Assembly (NCBI GenBank): GCA_965140585.1
Contig: OZ223264.1
Location: forward strand, 128,001 to 192,000
Direction of reading: 5' to 3'
DNA: 64,000 bases
From: Spirochaetia bacterium
GTDB lineage: Bacteria > Spirochaetota > Spirochaetia > UBA9216
Numbering within the stretch: the stretch's first letter is position 1; the number at the start of each line of letters is the position of its first letter. Positions 48,193 to 58,749 of this stretch are shown here, piece by piece. The notes below the pieces were generated by a model that saw only the letters and a program-made list of their open reading frames with translations, was not told where the DNA came from and did not search any database. The translations under genes were made by a program, and so were the position numbers.

Positions 48193-49335
48193 ATGGAAGA
48201 AATTGCTTCCGCTGTCATTATTGCCCTTGTTTTCTATGCAGTTATTCCCCTCATTGGAGCCTTTAACGTAAGAAGCGGCTGGAGAAAATTCCGTGAGCAG
48301 GTTCTTGAGGCTTCTGTAAGAACCGAGCTGGAGTATTCAAAGCCTGATAGGCATAAAGAGGGTGATGCAGGGTTGTTCCGGTTCATTGGAAATCTCCAGG
48401 CAATTCAGAATGAAAGCACCGTATGGGTCAGCAACGGAAAACTTTCGGTACGTGCAGAACTTCAGAAGGTCAAGATCTACATCCTTCCCAACAGTCAGGC
48501 CGGAAATGATTCAACATCCGTAGAGAAAAACCAAATCGCAGATCGTGAAGAAATGCCACGGAAGATGAGCTGGGAGCATGTATATTCATTGCCGCAGGGA
48601 ACTTCTTTTCTCTTTTCAGGAAAGATATTCATTGAAAACGGTATTCCTGTATTCCGAAACACTGATGAAGAACCCCTGCTTGCACTTATCTACGATGGTG
48701 CCGAGGAAACCCTTCTCAGGCGCTCAATATGGAGCGGACGGCAGATAAATGAATACTGGAACTCATTTACTCCAGTCTCGCTTATTGCGGGCTCGCTGTC
48801 CCTTTTTATAAATGCATATCTGGTATTCCGTAATCCCGCATTCAGGCCGGAAGCGCTGTTTATTCTGGTAATGAGTATAATTCCTCTGCTTGCACTGATG
48901 CCCCCTGGTATCCTCTTTTTTTTAATCTATAAATGGCTATGGCGTACCGGGCGCATACTCCGGGGCGAGAGAGATTTGATTAAACTGCCGATGCGCTATT
49001 TTAATGAAATGTTTGAAGCAGTCAGGAAGGGTTGCTTTTTTCTGGAGTATCCGAACTGCACGGCGGCAAAGGCCGATTACCCGGATGCTGTGATCCGGAG
49101 CAGCGGAATTCTGAAAGGAAAGCCGCTGGACAGATTTCATTCCTATGTTTTTTTAAGCAGTAATAATGATGTGTTTTTTGAAAGACTTATAATACCCGGC
49201 AATCCGAATATACTGTCTCAGAAATGCCGGAGCAGGGCAAGGCTGATGGAAATCTCGGCCATGGTCTTTTTTACCATTGGGCTGCTGTTGAATTCCATCC
49301 TTGCCTATATAGCTCTGGTTAAAATTATATTATGA
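48193..49335 (+). CDS. Hypothetical membrane protein
   Basis: 380 aa, about four TM segments. Confidence 0.75.
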   Translation: MEEIASAVIIALVFYAVIPLIGAFNVRSGWRKFREQVLEASVRTELEYSKPDRHKEGDAGLFRFIGNLQAIQNESTVWVSNGKLSVRAELQKVKIYILPNSQAGNDSTSVEKNQIADREEMPRKMSWEHVYSLPQGTSFLFSGKIFIENGIPVFRNTDEEPLLALIYDGAEETLLRRSIWSGRQINEYWNSFTPVSLIAGSLSLFINAYLVFRNPAFRPEALFILVMSIIPLLALMPPGILFFLIYKWLWRTGRILRGERDLIKLPMRYFNEMFEAVRKGCFFLEYPNCTAAKADYPDAVIRSSGILKGKPLDRFHSYVFLSSNNDVFFERLIIPGNPNILSQKCRSRARLMEISAMVFFTIGLLLNSILAYIALVKIIL

Positions 49336-50463
49336 TTTCTTTCTGGCGTAGTTCACTGTAAGCTTTCTACCCTTGAAGTCCTTGCCGTTAAGTATTTCAA
49401 TTGCATTGTCTGCCAGTGAGGTTGTTAACTCGACGAAGGAATAACTGTCAAGAACCTTAATATTTCCGATATCAGATTGATCGATGCTGAGGCTGGAAAG
49501 AAAAAGCCTGCTTAAATCTCTGGGGTATACTCTTCTGTTTCTTCCGATGCTTATAAAAAGTGTTTGCTTGTCAGGGTCGGAGTTGGAGTCGGATCCGGTG
49601 TTTGATGTCCTGGGCCTTGAGTATGCGCTTTTACCAACGGCCTGTTTAAGCAGGAAGGCGCTCAGGTAGCCTCTCATTGAAAATGGTGCGTGTTTTTTAA
49701 AAAGTTTTTTGTAGGTGTTCAGCAGATCCGGATCTTCATCTTCTCTTATAGTCTTAATAAAATCCTTTATCTTTTTTTCAATTTCTGCTTCATTAATCGT
49801 CTGTGTGTTTTTCATTGAACATGTCTCCTGCTCTTTTTCGTTCTCCATGGAGATAATAATGGGTTTTTTTGTCAGAGGCTCAAGTAAGTCTATATTATCC
49901 AGCCTCTCAGTGTAGATAATGCTCTGCCTTCTCTCAGGCAGTTTGGAAAAAATAAAATCCAGATCCTGGTCAAAACCAAGATCGGTCAGGTTTGCAGGAG
50001 TATCAACTACAGCCGTTTTTATCCCGTTAAGCGAGATGTTTTCTCTGCGGATGTGGTCAATAATCCTGGAAGCTGTTCCGATAATTATATCGGGAGAGTC
50101 AGAGATGGATTTAAGTTCCTCTCTGATCTTGTCGTCCGACAGAAGTTCACAGATCTTTATACCTGATGTTTCTGCTGAACGGCAATGTCTGAACTCCTTT
50201 CTGATTCGCCGGACTTCCGGCTCTGTCGGAACTATTATCACGGCCTGAATGCCGTCTGTACTGGATTCAGTTGATGCCAGTACAGGAAAAATGAATGAGG
50301 CTCTTTTGCCTCTTGCCCCGTAGGTCCCTGTTATAAGATCGCGCTGCTGGGTAAATGCAGAAAAAACCTTATTCTGGAGGTTTGTAGGTTGTTTGAAACC
50401 TGCTTTTTTTAGAAGGATCTGTATCCTGTCTTCGGTTTTTACGGAACTCAGTTTTTGATACAT
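49330..50463 (-). CDS. Degenerate DEAD-box N-domain fused to a DbpA-type RNA-binding domain
   Basis: Q-motif GFKQPTNLQ, IIVPT, IIIGTASRIIDH, GFDQDL; C-terminal LFISIGRNRRVYP...IGNIKVLDSYSFV. Confidence 0.82.
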   Translation of the reverse strand: MYQKLSSVKTEDRIQILLKKAGFKQPTNLQNKVFSAFTQQRDLITGTYGARGKRASFIFPVLASTESSTDGIQAVIIVPTEPEVRRIRKEFRHCRSAETSGIKICELLSDDKIREELKSISDSPDIIIGTASRIIDHIRRENISLNGIKTAVVDTPANLTDLGFDQDLDFIFSKLPERRQSIIYTERLDNIDLLEPLTKKPIIISMENEKEQETCSMKNTQTINEAEIEKKIKDFIKTIREDEDPDLLNTYKKLFKKHAPFSMRGYLSAFLLKQAVGKSAYSRPRTSNTGSDSNSDPDKQTLFISIGRNRRVYPRDLSRLFLSSLSIDQSDIGNIKVLDSYSFVELTTSLADNAIEILNGKDFKGRKLTVNYARKKS

Positions 50464-50511
50464 GTCAGCAACAATAATAATATTTTTACCTTATAATCGG
50501 GAATATAAAAT

Positions 50512-51714
50512 ATGATAAAGAGAACAATACTAACTGCAATATTTATCCTCATTTCCATCTTAACGCTATATTCTGAAACTTTCAAGTTCAGTTATTCAGT
50601 TGATGACCGATACCGTATTCTCTCTAAAGTTGACGAGCATGTCTATGTAAACGGTGAATATTCTCATAGGGCGGATATCCTGAATAAAATAACTGTGCAC
50701 GTGACTGATGCTGATGAACAGGGCGGGCATATAAGCTCTGTTTTTCAAACCTCTGAGCGTTCATCCGGATCGACCGGTGTTTATCAATGGGCAACTGATT
50801 ATGACTCAGAGTTTATAAGAGATGAGTTCGGTAAATATACAATTGCACCGGAATACTACATGCCGGTTGTTCGTGATGTACCGGTTTTTCCGGATCGGGA
50901 TCTTCAGCCGGGAGATACCTGGACCTGGAAGGGGGAAGAGGTTCATGATTTCCGTAAAAATTTCGGAATACCTGATGCCTTTCACATTCCGATCTATGTG
51001 AATTATACCTACCTTGGAAAAGGCCTGTATGACGGGATCGAGTACGACAGGTTTTCTGTAAAATATAATATTTTCTTCAGGCCTTCAGTACCGTCCGGGG
51101 CAAACGGGCTGTATCCTGCAAGGATAAGCGGCAGTTCAGATCAGGTCGTATACTGGGATGCTGCGCTGGGACGACCGCAGGCTTACAAGGAAAGTTTTGA
51201 GTTTGCTTTTGATCTTTCAAACGGCGAATCAGTTGAATACACAGGAATATCAGAGGCTTATATTATAGACAGCCCGAAGATGGATAAAAAGGCCGTGGCA
51301 GAGGGCATTCAGAAAACAATTGATGATAAGGGCCTTGCTGATACTGATGTTGAGGTCAGTGATGAAGGGGTTAAGATTACCCTCAGTAATATTCAGTTCA
51401 GTCCGAATTCCTCCCGTCTTCTTGATAAAGAAAAAATTAAACTCGATCAGATTGCTGAGATACTCTGTGAATATCCTGATAGAGATATCCTGGTGGAAGG
51501 GCATACTGCAATGGCAGGTACCGCATCCGGCCGGCAGAAATTGTCTGAAGATCGGGCCCGTGCTGTGGCAGATTATCTTCTTTCAATAGGCTGTAAAAAA
51601 GAAGAGCAGGTAATAATGCGCGGATACGGGGCGGAGCGTCCGGTTGCAGATAATTCAACAGAAGCCGGAATGCAGAAAAACCGGCGTGTTGAAATTACAA
51701 TACTGGAGAACTGA
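50512..51714 (+). CDS. OmpA-family peptidoglycan-binding protein
   Basis: IQFSPNS, VEGHTA, LSEDRARAV, GYGAERPV, NRRVEI. Confidence 0.92.
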   Translation: MIKRTILTAIFILISILTLYSETFKFSYSVDDRYRILSKVDEHVYVNGEYSHRADILNKITVHVTDADEQGGHISSVFQTSERSSGSTGVYQWATDYDSEFIRDEFGKYTIAPEYYMPVVRDVPVFPDRDLQPGDTWTWKGEEVHDFRKNFGIPDAFHIPIYVNYTYLGKGLYDGIEYDRFSVKYNIFFRPSVPSGANGLYPARISGSSDQVVYWDAALGRPQAYKESFEFAFDLSNGESVEYTGISEAYIIDSPKMDKKAVAEGIQKTIDDKGLADTDVEVSDEGVKITLSNIQFSPNSSRLLDKEKIKLDQIAEILCEYPDRDILVEGHTAMAGTASGRQKLSEDRARAVADYLLSIGCKKEEQVIMRGYGAERPVADNSTEAGMQKNRRVEITILEN

Positions 51715-52426
51715 TATTTTTTAGAGCCTTCCCTCTGGACTTCAGCCAGCTGACTGTCGAATCAAAGCTCCGGTTTACTATCAGCTCCATCGGGAAATCG
51801 GTTTCCTTCAGAAGTTCATCAATACCTGAAGTGTCACCGATTTCATGAATTGCGTGAGTATCTGAGTTTACCGCGACCTGGCATTCTGATTCTTTACATG
51901 CATTTATGAGTTCCAGAGTCTGTTCCCTGGATGATCTTCCGAGCACCAGTTTTGAGTTATTGAGTTCAACAGCAATCCCGGCTTCCGCGGCAGCAGCTGC
52001 AATACGATTGAAGTCGGAGACATAGTGAGGCGCGTTGGGATGAACCAGAATGTCTATGCATGGATTTCGTTTAAGTGCTTTTATGATGATCTCCGTGTAG
52101 TAACCGGGGGCTGCGTCTCTTTCCGGGAATTTATGAAATCCGGCTAAAACGATATCGTACCAGTCTGAAAATTTTTCAATTATATCTATACTTCCGTTTT
52201 CATCTGTGAAGTTGCACTCCATTCCCTTAAACAGGCATATCCCCTCAACGGGCTGCTTAAGTCTTTCAAAGAATACGCTTGTAGTTTTCCGTCCGAGAAA
52301 CGGTCCGTGATCGGTAATTGCGAGCCCTTTAAGGCCCTTGTTTTTTGCGGCGGTTAGAAGTTCGATTATTGAATGAAGACCGCAGCTGCTGAAAAGACTG
52401 TGTGAGTGTAAATCGGTTTCAAACAT
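51695..52426 (-). CDS. PHP-family phosphatase (YcdX-like)
   Basis: DLHSHS, AITDHGP, GMECN, ELNNS, NSDTH. Confidence 0.9.
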   Translation of the reverse strand: MFETDLHSHSLFSSCGLHSIIELLTAAKNKGLKGLAITDHGPFLGRKTTSVFFERLKQPVEGICLFKGMECNFTDENGSIDIIEKFSDWYDIVLAGFHKFPERDAAPGYYTEIIIKALKRNPCIDILVHPNAPHYVSDFNRIAAAAAEAGIAVELNNSKLVLGRSSREQTLELINACKESECQVAVNSDTHAIHEIGDTSGIDELLKETDFPMELIVNRSFDSTVSWLKSRGKALKNISSPVL

Positions 52427-52771
52427 GCATTTATTATAATGAATAGGCGGGGTACGGAGAACAGGCCGGAGGCCTGATTCCCGTTAATATTTTGTAATGT
52501 CACTTTTTTTATCTACATTCTTCAATGCTATAATATATACCGCAGCTATCAAAAAAATTCACGAAAAATACACAAAAAAAATAATAAAAATATAATATCT
52601 TTTAATTATAATTATCAAAATTCAGTATATTTAAACTTTACATTAAATTCAAAACAAGAGCTGCCTGGATGATGAGCTGATAACCAATAATTTTGTGATT
52701 AAAATATAAACTGAAGATTTCAGGATAAAAATAATACCGGAGATCAGAAAATGTTGTATTCAACATTCCCT

Positions 52772-52886
52772 GACTTGACCTGATGGTCTGCTACTCAAAC
52801 AGAATACCTGCGATCGGACTTTTCTGCGAAAAGACCGACTTGACCTGATGGTCTGTTACTTAGACAGAATACCGGCGATCGGACTT
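52772..52886. repeat. Tandem 50-bp direct repeat including the tRNA-Leu 3' end
   Basis: 52772-52821 versus 52837-52886, four mismatches, 65-bp period. Confidence 0.9.
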
Positions 52887-52953
52887 GAACCGATACAGAG
52901 TTGCCCCCGGCAGATTTTGAGTCTGCTGTGTCTACCAATTTCACCACGCCGGC
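52870..52953 (-). tRNA. tRNA-Leu(CAA)
   Basis: GCCGGCGTGGTGAAATTGGTAGACACA-GCAGA-CTCAAAA-TCTGC, long variable arm, ATCGG-TTCAAGT-CCGAT-CGCCGGT-A. Confidence 0.97.
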
Positions 52954-53021
52954 GCTATGATGAAAAAAAATTACACTAAATTCACGACTTGTTCAACCGG
53001 CACAGGGGACTTCAATAATTC

Positions 53022-54042
53022 AATGAATCAGGATATAACCAGAATGATGAATGAGTTAAATACAGGTTATCAGAACTGTTCTCTATGCCCCAGATTCTGC
53101 GGGGCTGACAGGAAGGATTCGAAGACGGGAATCTGCAGAATGCGCGATGAGGCTGTTGTCGCTTCTGTGGTGCTTCATATGGGAGAAGAGCCACCATTGA
53201 TCGGATCCACTGGATCCGGCACTGTGTTCTTTTCAGGCTGCGGTCTGGGCTGTCCTTTCTGTCAGAATGCTCAGATTAGCCTGAGTTCAAAGACCGAAGT
53301 CCTCGGCAGTGTAGTTTCTGTGGAAACACTCACGGAAATATTTCTTGAGCTCGAAAGAAGAGGCGCGGTAAACATCAACCTTGTTACAGCGACCCAGTTT
53401 ATACCTTCTGTTTCTGCGGCGATAATCAACGCTCGTTCTGCCGGGCTTGATATTCCGGTTTTATGGAACTCCTCCGGCTATGAAGATCCCGGAGCTTTGG
53501 AGCTACTGCGGGGCCTTGTTGATGTCTGGCTGCCTGATCTTAAAACCCTTGATTCTTCGTTATCAAAAAAGCTTTTTAAAGACTCCTGCTATCCTGAAAT
53601 TGCTTCAAAGGCTCTGGCCTGGATGGCTGATGATGTCCGCACCGGCGGCGGTCCTCTGATTGAAGACGATCTTATGAAACGGGGGCTGATAATGCGTCAT
53701 CTTGTAATTCCAGGACATGTAGAGAAATCAAGGGAGGTTCTTAAGTGGTATTCAGAGAATATTATGGATACAGCCCTTCTGTCTCTTATGGTACAGTACA
53801 CTCCGGTGCCGGGAAACAAGCTCGAGCTTGCAGAACCCGGGTATTGTATTTCTGATGAAGATTATGAGCTGCTGACCGGATGGCTTGAAGACTTCAGTAT
53901 AGAAGAGGGCTTTCTTCAGGGTCCTGAGGCTGCTGACAGCAGCTGGATTCCTGATTTCAGCAGGAACAATCCATTTCCTGCCGAGTATTCAAGGCCGGTA
54001 TGGCATTACAGCTGCGGGTTTGTTCCCGCTGATAAGCTTTAA
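53022..54042 (+). CDS. Radical SAM protein, PflX-like
   Basis: CSLCPRFC, HMGEEPPL, FFSGCGLGCPFCQN, RHLVIPG; start uncertain (52957-53047). Confidence 0.9.
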
Positions 54043-54822
54043 TTAGTAATATCCCATACCATTCAGGCAGAGGGCGGTCCCGGCCACTGATGCGGTTTCG
54101 GTTCTGAGTACTCTTGTGCCCAGAGAAACAAGAGTGAAGCCGGAACTTCTGAGAGTATTCCTTTCTCCGGCCGACCACCCGCGCTCAGAGCCTACTGCAA
54201 GAAGTACTGCGCTGCCTCTGTCATCATTTTTGGTCCAGAAATCCTTCATGCCGCATCCGGCCTCATAGTTGTCCAGACCAATTTTCAGTGGTGTTTCTGT
54301 AGAAAGCTTACCGGAAACCGCGACAGCAGCTGATACTGCTTCATCAAGGCTGTCGAAGATTTTAAAATCAGGCAGTCTTGTGCAGAATGCCTGCTGTGCT
54401 CCTTCAAGCAGAAGCCGGCGAACGCTTTCTTCGGACAGGGCGGAACTTCTGGCATAGCCGGCTTCTCCCCTGTCGGTGGTGAAGGTGAAAATGCCGGATA
54501 CACCGAGTGCAGTGGCTTCCCGTATGATCTTTTTTACTGTCTGCGGCCTGGAAAGACCAAGCAGCAGAATCAGCGGGAATAGTTTATCCGGTTCTTCGGT
54601 TGTTCGAAGCTGTATTACTGCCGCTTTTCCATCATCTGAGACAACAGAAGCTCTGCATCTGGAACCGTTTACAATTCCTGCATCAAACTCTTCACCGGGG
54701 CCGGGCTTAAGCACCTGACGGATATGCCTGTAACGTTCCTCAGCAGAACTGATTACTGCTGTATGGACAGTTCTGTCAGTACCTGCTGTAATTTCGTATT
54801 CTTCGAATAAAATAAGGTTCAA
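54043..54822 (-). CDS. rsmE: 16S rRNA m3U1498 methyltransferase
   Basis: HIRQVL, VGSERGWS, LGTRVLRTETA; TTG start. Confidence 0.92.
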   Translation of the reverse strand: MNLILFEEYEITAGTDRTVHTAVISSAEERYRHIRQVLKPGPGEEFDAGIVNGSRCRASVVSDDGKAAVIQLRTTEEPDKLFPLILLLGLSRPQTVKKIIREATALGVSGIFTFTTDRGEAGYARSSALSEESVRRLLLEGAQQAFCTRLPDFKIFDSLDEAVSAAVAVSGKLSTETPLKIGLDNYEAGCGMKDFWTKNDDRGSAVLLAVGSERGWSAGERNTLRSSGFTLVSLGTRVLRTETASVAGTALCLNGMGYY

Positions 54823-54827
54823 ACGAT

Positions 54828-55523
54828 CTATTCCGGACCTATCATTGTCCCTTCAAAATCCCGGCCCTCAAGCACTGCTACGAGGTTGGGAATGTCTTTT
54901 CCTGCGGCGGTTACAACCTTCAGTCCTATTTCCGCACCCAGTTTAGTTGCGATAGGATCAAAGGGAACATTCTTGCCGGGAACCCAGCTGTCGCCTACAA
55001 GTTTTTTCAGCTGATCCCAGCTCATCTTATCAAAGGCTGTTGCTTCAGGGTTCAGCTTAGGATCATCGGAATAGACTTTTGATATATTTGAAAGGTTGAT
55101 GACCGTATCGGCGCCGAGATTCTGAGCGAGAACTACGGCATCATAGTCTGTTGACCATCCGGGCTTCCATCCGGCGGCTATCATTATCCGGCCCTTAATT
55201 TCTTTAACAGATGTTGGGTCGGTAACAACATCGTCAAGGCAGAGTCCGTCAAACACAGCCTTCATGAGCTGGCCGTTGAGTCTGGTCGCTGCAATTCCGA
55301 CCCAGTCCTGAGCGCTGGAATCTGCTTCGCTGTTGATTTCGCGGCAGGCAGACTGGTATGAACGTGCGGGGCCTCCACCGCCTGTGACGAGGATAAGTTT
55401 CCGGGTATTATCAGCTTCAAGATACTTGAGTATTTCGCTGCGGAATGCTTTCAGAAAATCGGTATCCACCTTATCGGGTGCAATGATGGAACCGCCGAGA
55501 GATATAATTTTAATGTTTTCCAT
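54828..55523 (-). CDS. pyrH: UMP kinase (archaeal type)
   Basis: ISLGGS, VTGGGGPAR, DWVGIAATRLN, PGWSTDYDA, VYSDDPK, PFDPIA. Confidence 0.93.
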   Translation of the reverse strand: MENIKIISLGGSIIAPDKVDTDFLKAFRSEILKYLEADNTRKLILVTGGGGPARSYQSACREINSEADSSAQDWVGIAATRLNGQLMKAVFDGLCLDDVVTDPTSVKEIKGRIMIAAGWKPGWSTDYDAVVLAQNLGADTVINLSNISKVYSDDPKLNPEATAFDKMSWDQLKKLVGDSWVPGKNVPFDPIATKLGAEIGLKVVTAAGKDIPNLVAVLEGRDFEGTMIGPE

Positions 55524-55613
55524 AATCAGTTAAATATAGGATTTTGAGTCCGGATTTACAAGACTGCAGGGGGGAGTGGACGTTTTTTTTAATGGAGCTT
55601 ATACTGTCAGGAA

Positions 55614-58016
55614 ATGAAAATTTTCCGGAAAAAAGAAAGACCTGATGTGCTGGAAATCATTCAGGAAAAATGGACAACATCTTTCGGCCTGTTTCATAAA
55701 AACCGGTTTGAAGAGGAAGACTGTGATGATTATGTTTCATCATTATCAGGCGGGAAGTTTTCACTGCAGCTTAAAAAGAAGAATGTCTTTGTCTGGGCTG
55801 ATGATGAGCTGTACCGCTATGATGATTTTCTGATAACTGCAAACATCGGAACAGGTTCTGATGAAGGTTATTCGTCATCAGGCTTCATGTTCCGTAAGAC
55901 CGATGATACTTCCTATTATTATTTTCTTGTTTCAAACCGCGGATTCTTCCGTTTTGATATAGTTTTCAATGGTATACCTTCTCCGATTATCGGATGGACA
56001 GCTCTGGAGGATTTTTCTGCCGACAGCTTCATTCTTCAGATTCTTGCCGAGGGTGAATCATTCCGTTTCTATATAGATAACAGTCTTGTCTGCGAGGCAG
56101 CTGACGACAGGCTTAGTGCGGGCAGTATAGCTTTCATTGCACAGAATTACGATGAAAAAGACTCGTTTACATGGAATCTGAGGAAGTTTCAGATAGAATC
56201 ACGTCATAAGGAACTTGGAAAGCTTGCAGCCAGACTGGCAGTGAAGCAGATGAGCGCCGAAGCGTATATCCGGGAAGCCGAAAGCCTGATAACTCTTGGA
56301 CGTTATACTCATGCAGTAGTTGAGCTTAGAAAAGCCATGGCGTTACAGCCGGGAGACAGTGGAACTATCCTGATGACTGCAGACTGTTTTGTAAACCTCG
56401 GACTCTACGAAGAGGCGGAACGCTACTTCCTGATGATACCCGAGGAGTCAAGGGAATCCGGTGCTCTCATGAGTATGGCCGGAATGTACTACATTTCAAA
56501 TAATCTGCTTAAAACAAGAGACCTTATAAAAGACAACATCAGCAGGCTAGAGAATAACCCTGCAGCCTGGAATCTGCTTGGTAATGCCGAGTATGCACTG
56601 GGAAATTCTGATACTGCTGCCGCTGCCTACGGCCGGGCTTTTTCGCTGGATGATTCGTTTGCACTGTATTCTGTGAATGAGGGCCGGGCACTGGAAAAAT
56701 CAGGTAAAATGGAGCCTGCTCTTGCTGCCTATGGTAAGGCATCATCAATTTTTTATAGAGACGGAGACTACGAAAGTCTTTTTGAAATGCTGCCCCTGAT
56801 GGAAGGTATAGACAAAAGCAGTATTGCAACAGAAGAACTCCGGGGGAAAATCCTTTTTGCCCAGGAGCTTTTTGATGAGGCGGAAAAGGTTCTCGATAGA
56901 GTAATAAAGAAGAAAAGTACCGACAGCGCTGTTTTTTACCTGAATGCCCTTGTTAAATATCGAAACGGGGATAAGACGAAGGCTCTGAAACTTGTGGATA
57001 AGGCTTTAAAGATTGAACCGGAGTATTATCTTTACCATCTTCGGAAGGCGGAATGGCTCTTTCCGGAAGGCAAATATACCAAAGCTCTTGAAAAAGCGCG
57101 CGGTCTTGCGCCTGCAGATCCATGGGTTCTGAATATGTCCGGTCTGGCTGCGATGGAGAATCAGGATTTTGACGAAGCCCAAAGATGTTTTCTTACCGCT
57201 TCAGAGCTGCTGCCGGATGAAGATGAAATTATGGTCAATTATTCTGAAGCCCTCTATAATACCGGAGATTCTGAAAAAGCTTTTGAAGTAATAAGCGAAG
57301 ATAACTTTCTTTTCCTGAATCAGCGAGGTCACCTTTATGCAAAATCCGGGGACTATCCAAAATCTGCCGGAGCATATGAAAGGGCTCTGCGAATCCAGCA
57401 GGATAATACCGATGTTATGCTCAACCTTGCATCTGTCTGCTTTGAAGCTGATATGTTCAGCAGAGCCGAGGAGCTGCTTGTAAGAGTACTTAATACAAAA
57501 CCGTCAGCGGATGCCTACAACCTGATGGGTAATATTACTGCATTAAAGGGAGAATCTGCCAGAGCCGAGGAATCCTACAAGGCGGCGCTTAAGCTGCAGC
57601 CTGATAACCCCGGTATAATCTGCAACCTTGCCTCTTTTTATATTGCAAAAGACCGGTATTATGATGCCGATCTTCTGCTTTCCGGAATACCCGATTCGGA
57701 GATTGGTGAACGCGGAATAAAGCTGAAAAAAACAGTATTCAGGTATATAATGTCAGTTCATAACTGTTCGGTCTGCGAACGGGAATGGATTGTTCCGAAA
57801 AAGATTGAGACACCGGGAGCGCTTAAACTGGTAGGCGAACCTCCTGATCATATGCCTGCCGGGCAGTGTCCGGTCTGCGGCAGGATTTATTGTATAGGCT
57901 GTGCAAAGGAAAACCTTGTTGAAGGACGGTTCTTCTGTACAGAATGCAGCACGGCAATCAAGCTTTCAGCCGACTGGATGAGGTATCTCTATAACAGTGA
58001 TATGCTTGACAAATAG
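55614..58016 (+). CDS. TPR protein with N-terminal beta-sandwich and C-terminal Cys-rich zinc finger
   Basis: Many TPRs; CSVC...CPVC..YCIGC..CTEC. Confidence 0.8.
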   Translation: MKIFRKKERPDVLEIIQEKWTTSFGLFHKNRFEEEDCDDYVSSLSGGKFSLQLKKKNVFVWADDELYRYDDFLITANIGTGSDEGYSSSGFMFRKTDDTSYYYFLVSNRGFFRFDIVFNGIPSPIIGWTALEDFSADSFILQILAEGESFRFYIDNSLVCEAADDRLSAGSIAFIAQNYDEKDSFTWNLRKFQIESRHKELGKLAARLAVKQMSAEAYIREAESLITLGRYTHAVVELRKAMALQPGDSGTILMTADCFVNLGLYEEAERYFLMIPEESRESGALMSMAGMYYISNNLLKTRDLIKDNISRLENNPAAWNLLGNAEYALGNSDTAAAAYGRAFSLDDSFALYSVNEGRALEKSGKMEPALAAYGKASSIFYRDGDYESLFEMLPLMEGIDKSSIATEELRGKILFAQELFDEAEKVLDRVIKKKSTDSAVFYLNALVKYRNGDKTKALKLVDKALKIEPEYYLYHLRKAEWLFPEGKYTKALEKARGLAPADPWVLNMSGLAAMENQDFDEAQRCFLTASELLPDEDEIMVNYSEALYNTGDSEKAFEVISEDNFLFLNQRGHLYAKSGDYPKSAGAYERALRIQQDNTDVMLNLASVCFEADMFSRAEELLVRVLNTKPSADAYNLMGNITALKGESARAEESYKAALKLQPDNPGIICNLASFYIAKDRYYDADLLLSGIPDSEIGERGIKLKKTVFRYIMSVHNCSVCEREWIVPKKIETPGALKLVGEPPDHMPAGQCPVCGRIYCIGCAKENLVEGRFFCTECSTAIKLSADWMRYLYNSDMLDK

Positions 58017-58044
58017 CTGTGCATGAGTAATATGAGACAATAAC

Positions 58045-58746
58045 ATGAATAAATACAAGCTAATTTTCTTTCTTACAATAGTAACTTTTATTATCACACC
58101 GATTACAGCTTTCTCACAGGACCTTGTGACAGCGGTTAATTTTTTCAGATCTGTATCTGATAAATACGGTGATGTTCTTGATTATGAAGCAAGACTGACT
58201 ATTACCCGGGGGGTCAGCGAAGAAGAGTCTGTTTCTTCCGGTGTAATTTATTATAAAAATCCCAATCTGCTAAGAATTGATTTTACCGATCCCGAGGAAC
58301 AGGTTATCTGTGTTACCGGTGAAGATCTGATGATTTATCTGCCATCACAGGCTGTTGTAATGACTCAGAAGCTTAAACGCCATAATGATGCCACCCTCGC
58401 CGCAATGGTTAACAGCCAGGGCCTTGATCTGCTTGAGAAGGGCTACAGTATCGGTTACCTCGAAGGTCCCGATCCGGTTCCGCTGGATGACGGTTCTGAT
58501 GAAATGGTGACCAAGCTCAAGCTTGAGTGGCGAACTACGGAGCAGGGCTTCCGCCAGATTGAAATGTCTGTAAGCGCAGATAATATGATTAGGCGCATGA
58601 AGGCCCTCACTGCTGAAATGGAAGAAGTCCAGTTTGATTTTCAGAGTCTAAAGATTAATCAGAATATTCCTGATGCCAGATTTGAATTTGAAGCTCCGGC
58701 ATCTGCATATGAAATAAAGAATTTTCTTTTTGAACCGGAAGGATGA
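58045..58746 (+). CDS. lolA: Outer-membrane lipoprotein carrier LolA family
   Basis: GVIYYKNPNLLRIDFTDPEEQ, FEFEAP; upstream of rodZ. Confidence 0.85.
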   Translation: MNKYKLIFFLTIVTFIITPITAFSQDLVTAVNFFRSVSDKYGDVLDYEARLTITRGVSEEESVSSGVIYYKNPNLLRIDFTDPEEQVICVTGEDLMIYLPSQAVVMTQKLKRHNDATLAAMVNSQGLDLLEKGYSIGYLEGPDPVPLDDGSDEMVTKLKLEWRTTEQGFRQIEMSVSADNMIRRMKALTAEMEEVQFDFQSLKINQNIPDARFEFEAPASAYEIKNFLFEPEG

Positions 58747-58749
58747 TAT

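Noticed and set aside
52484-52620. Hydrophobic minus-strand reading suggesting a membrane-gene remnant
   Set aside because: Ile/Phe/Tyr richness is expected from very AT-rich DNA, and the frame contains a stop.
52772-52886. Mini CRISPR array
   Set aside because: Only two 50-bp units with a 15-bp gap, the unit overlaps the tRNA, and there are no cas genes.
54828-55523. Archaeal-type UMP kinase as a recent transfer
   Set aside because: This type is known in spirochaetes and sits in a housekeeping context.
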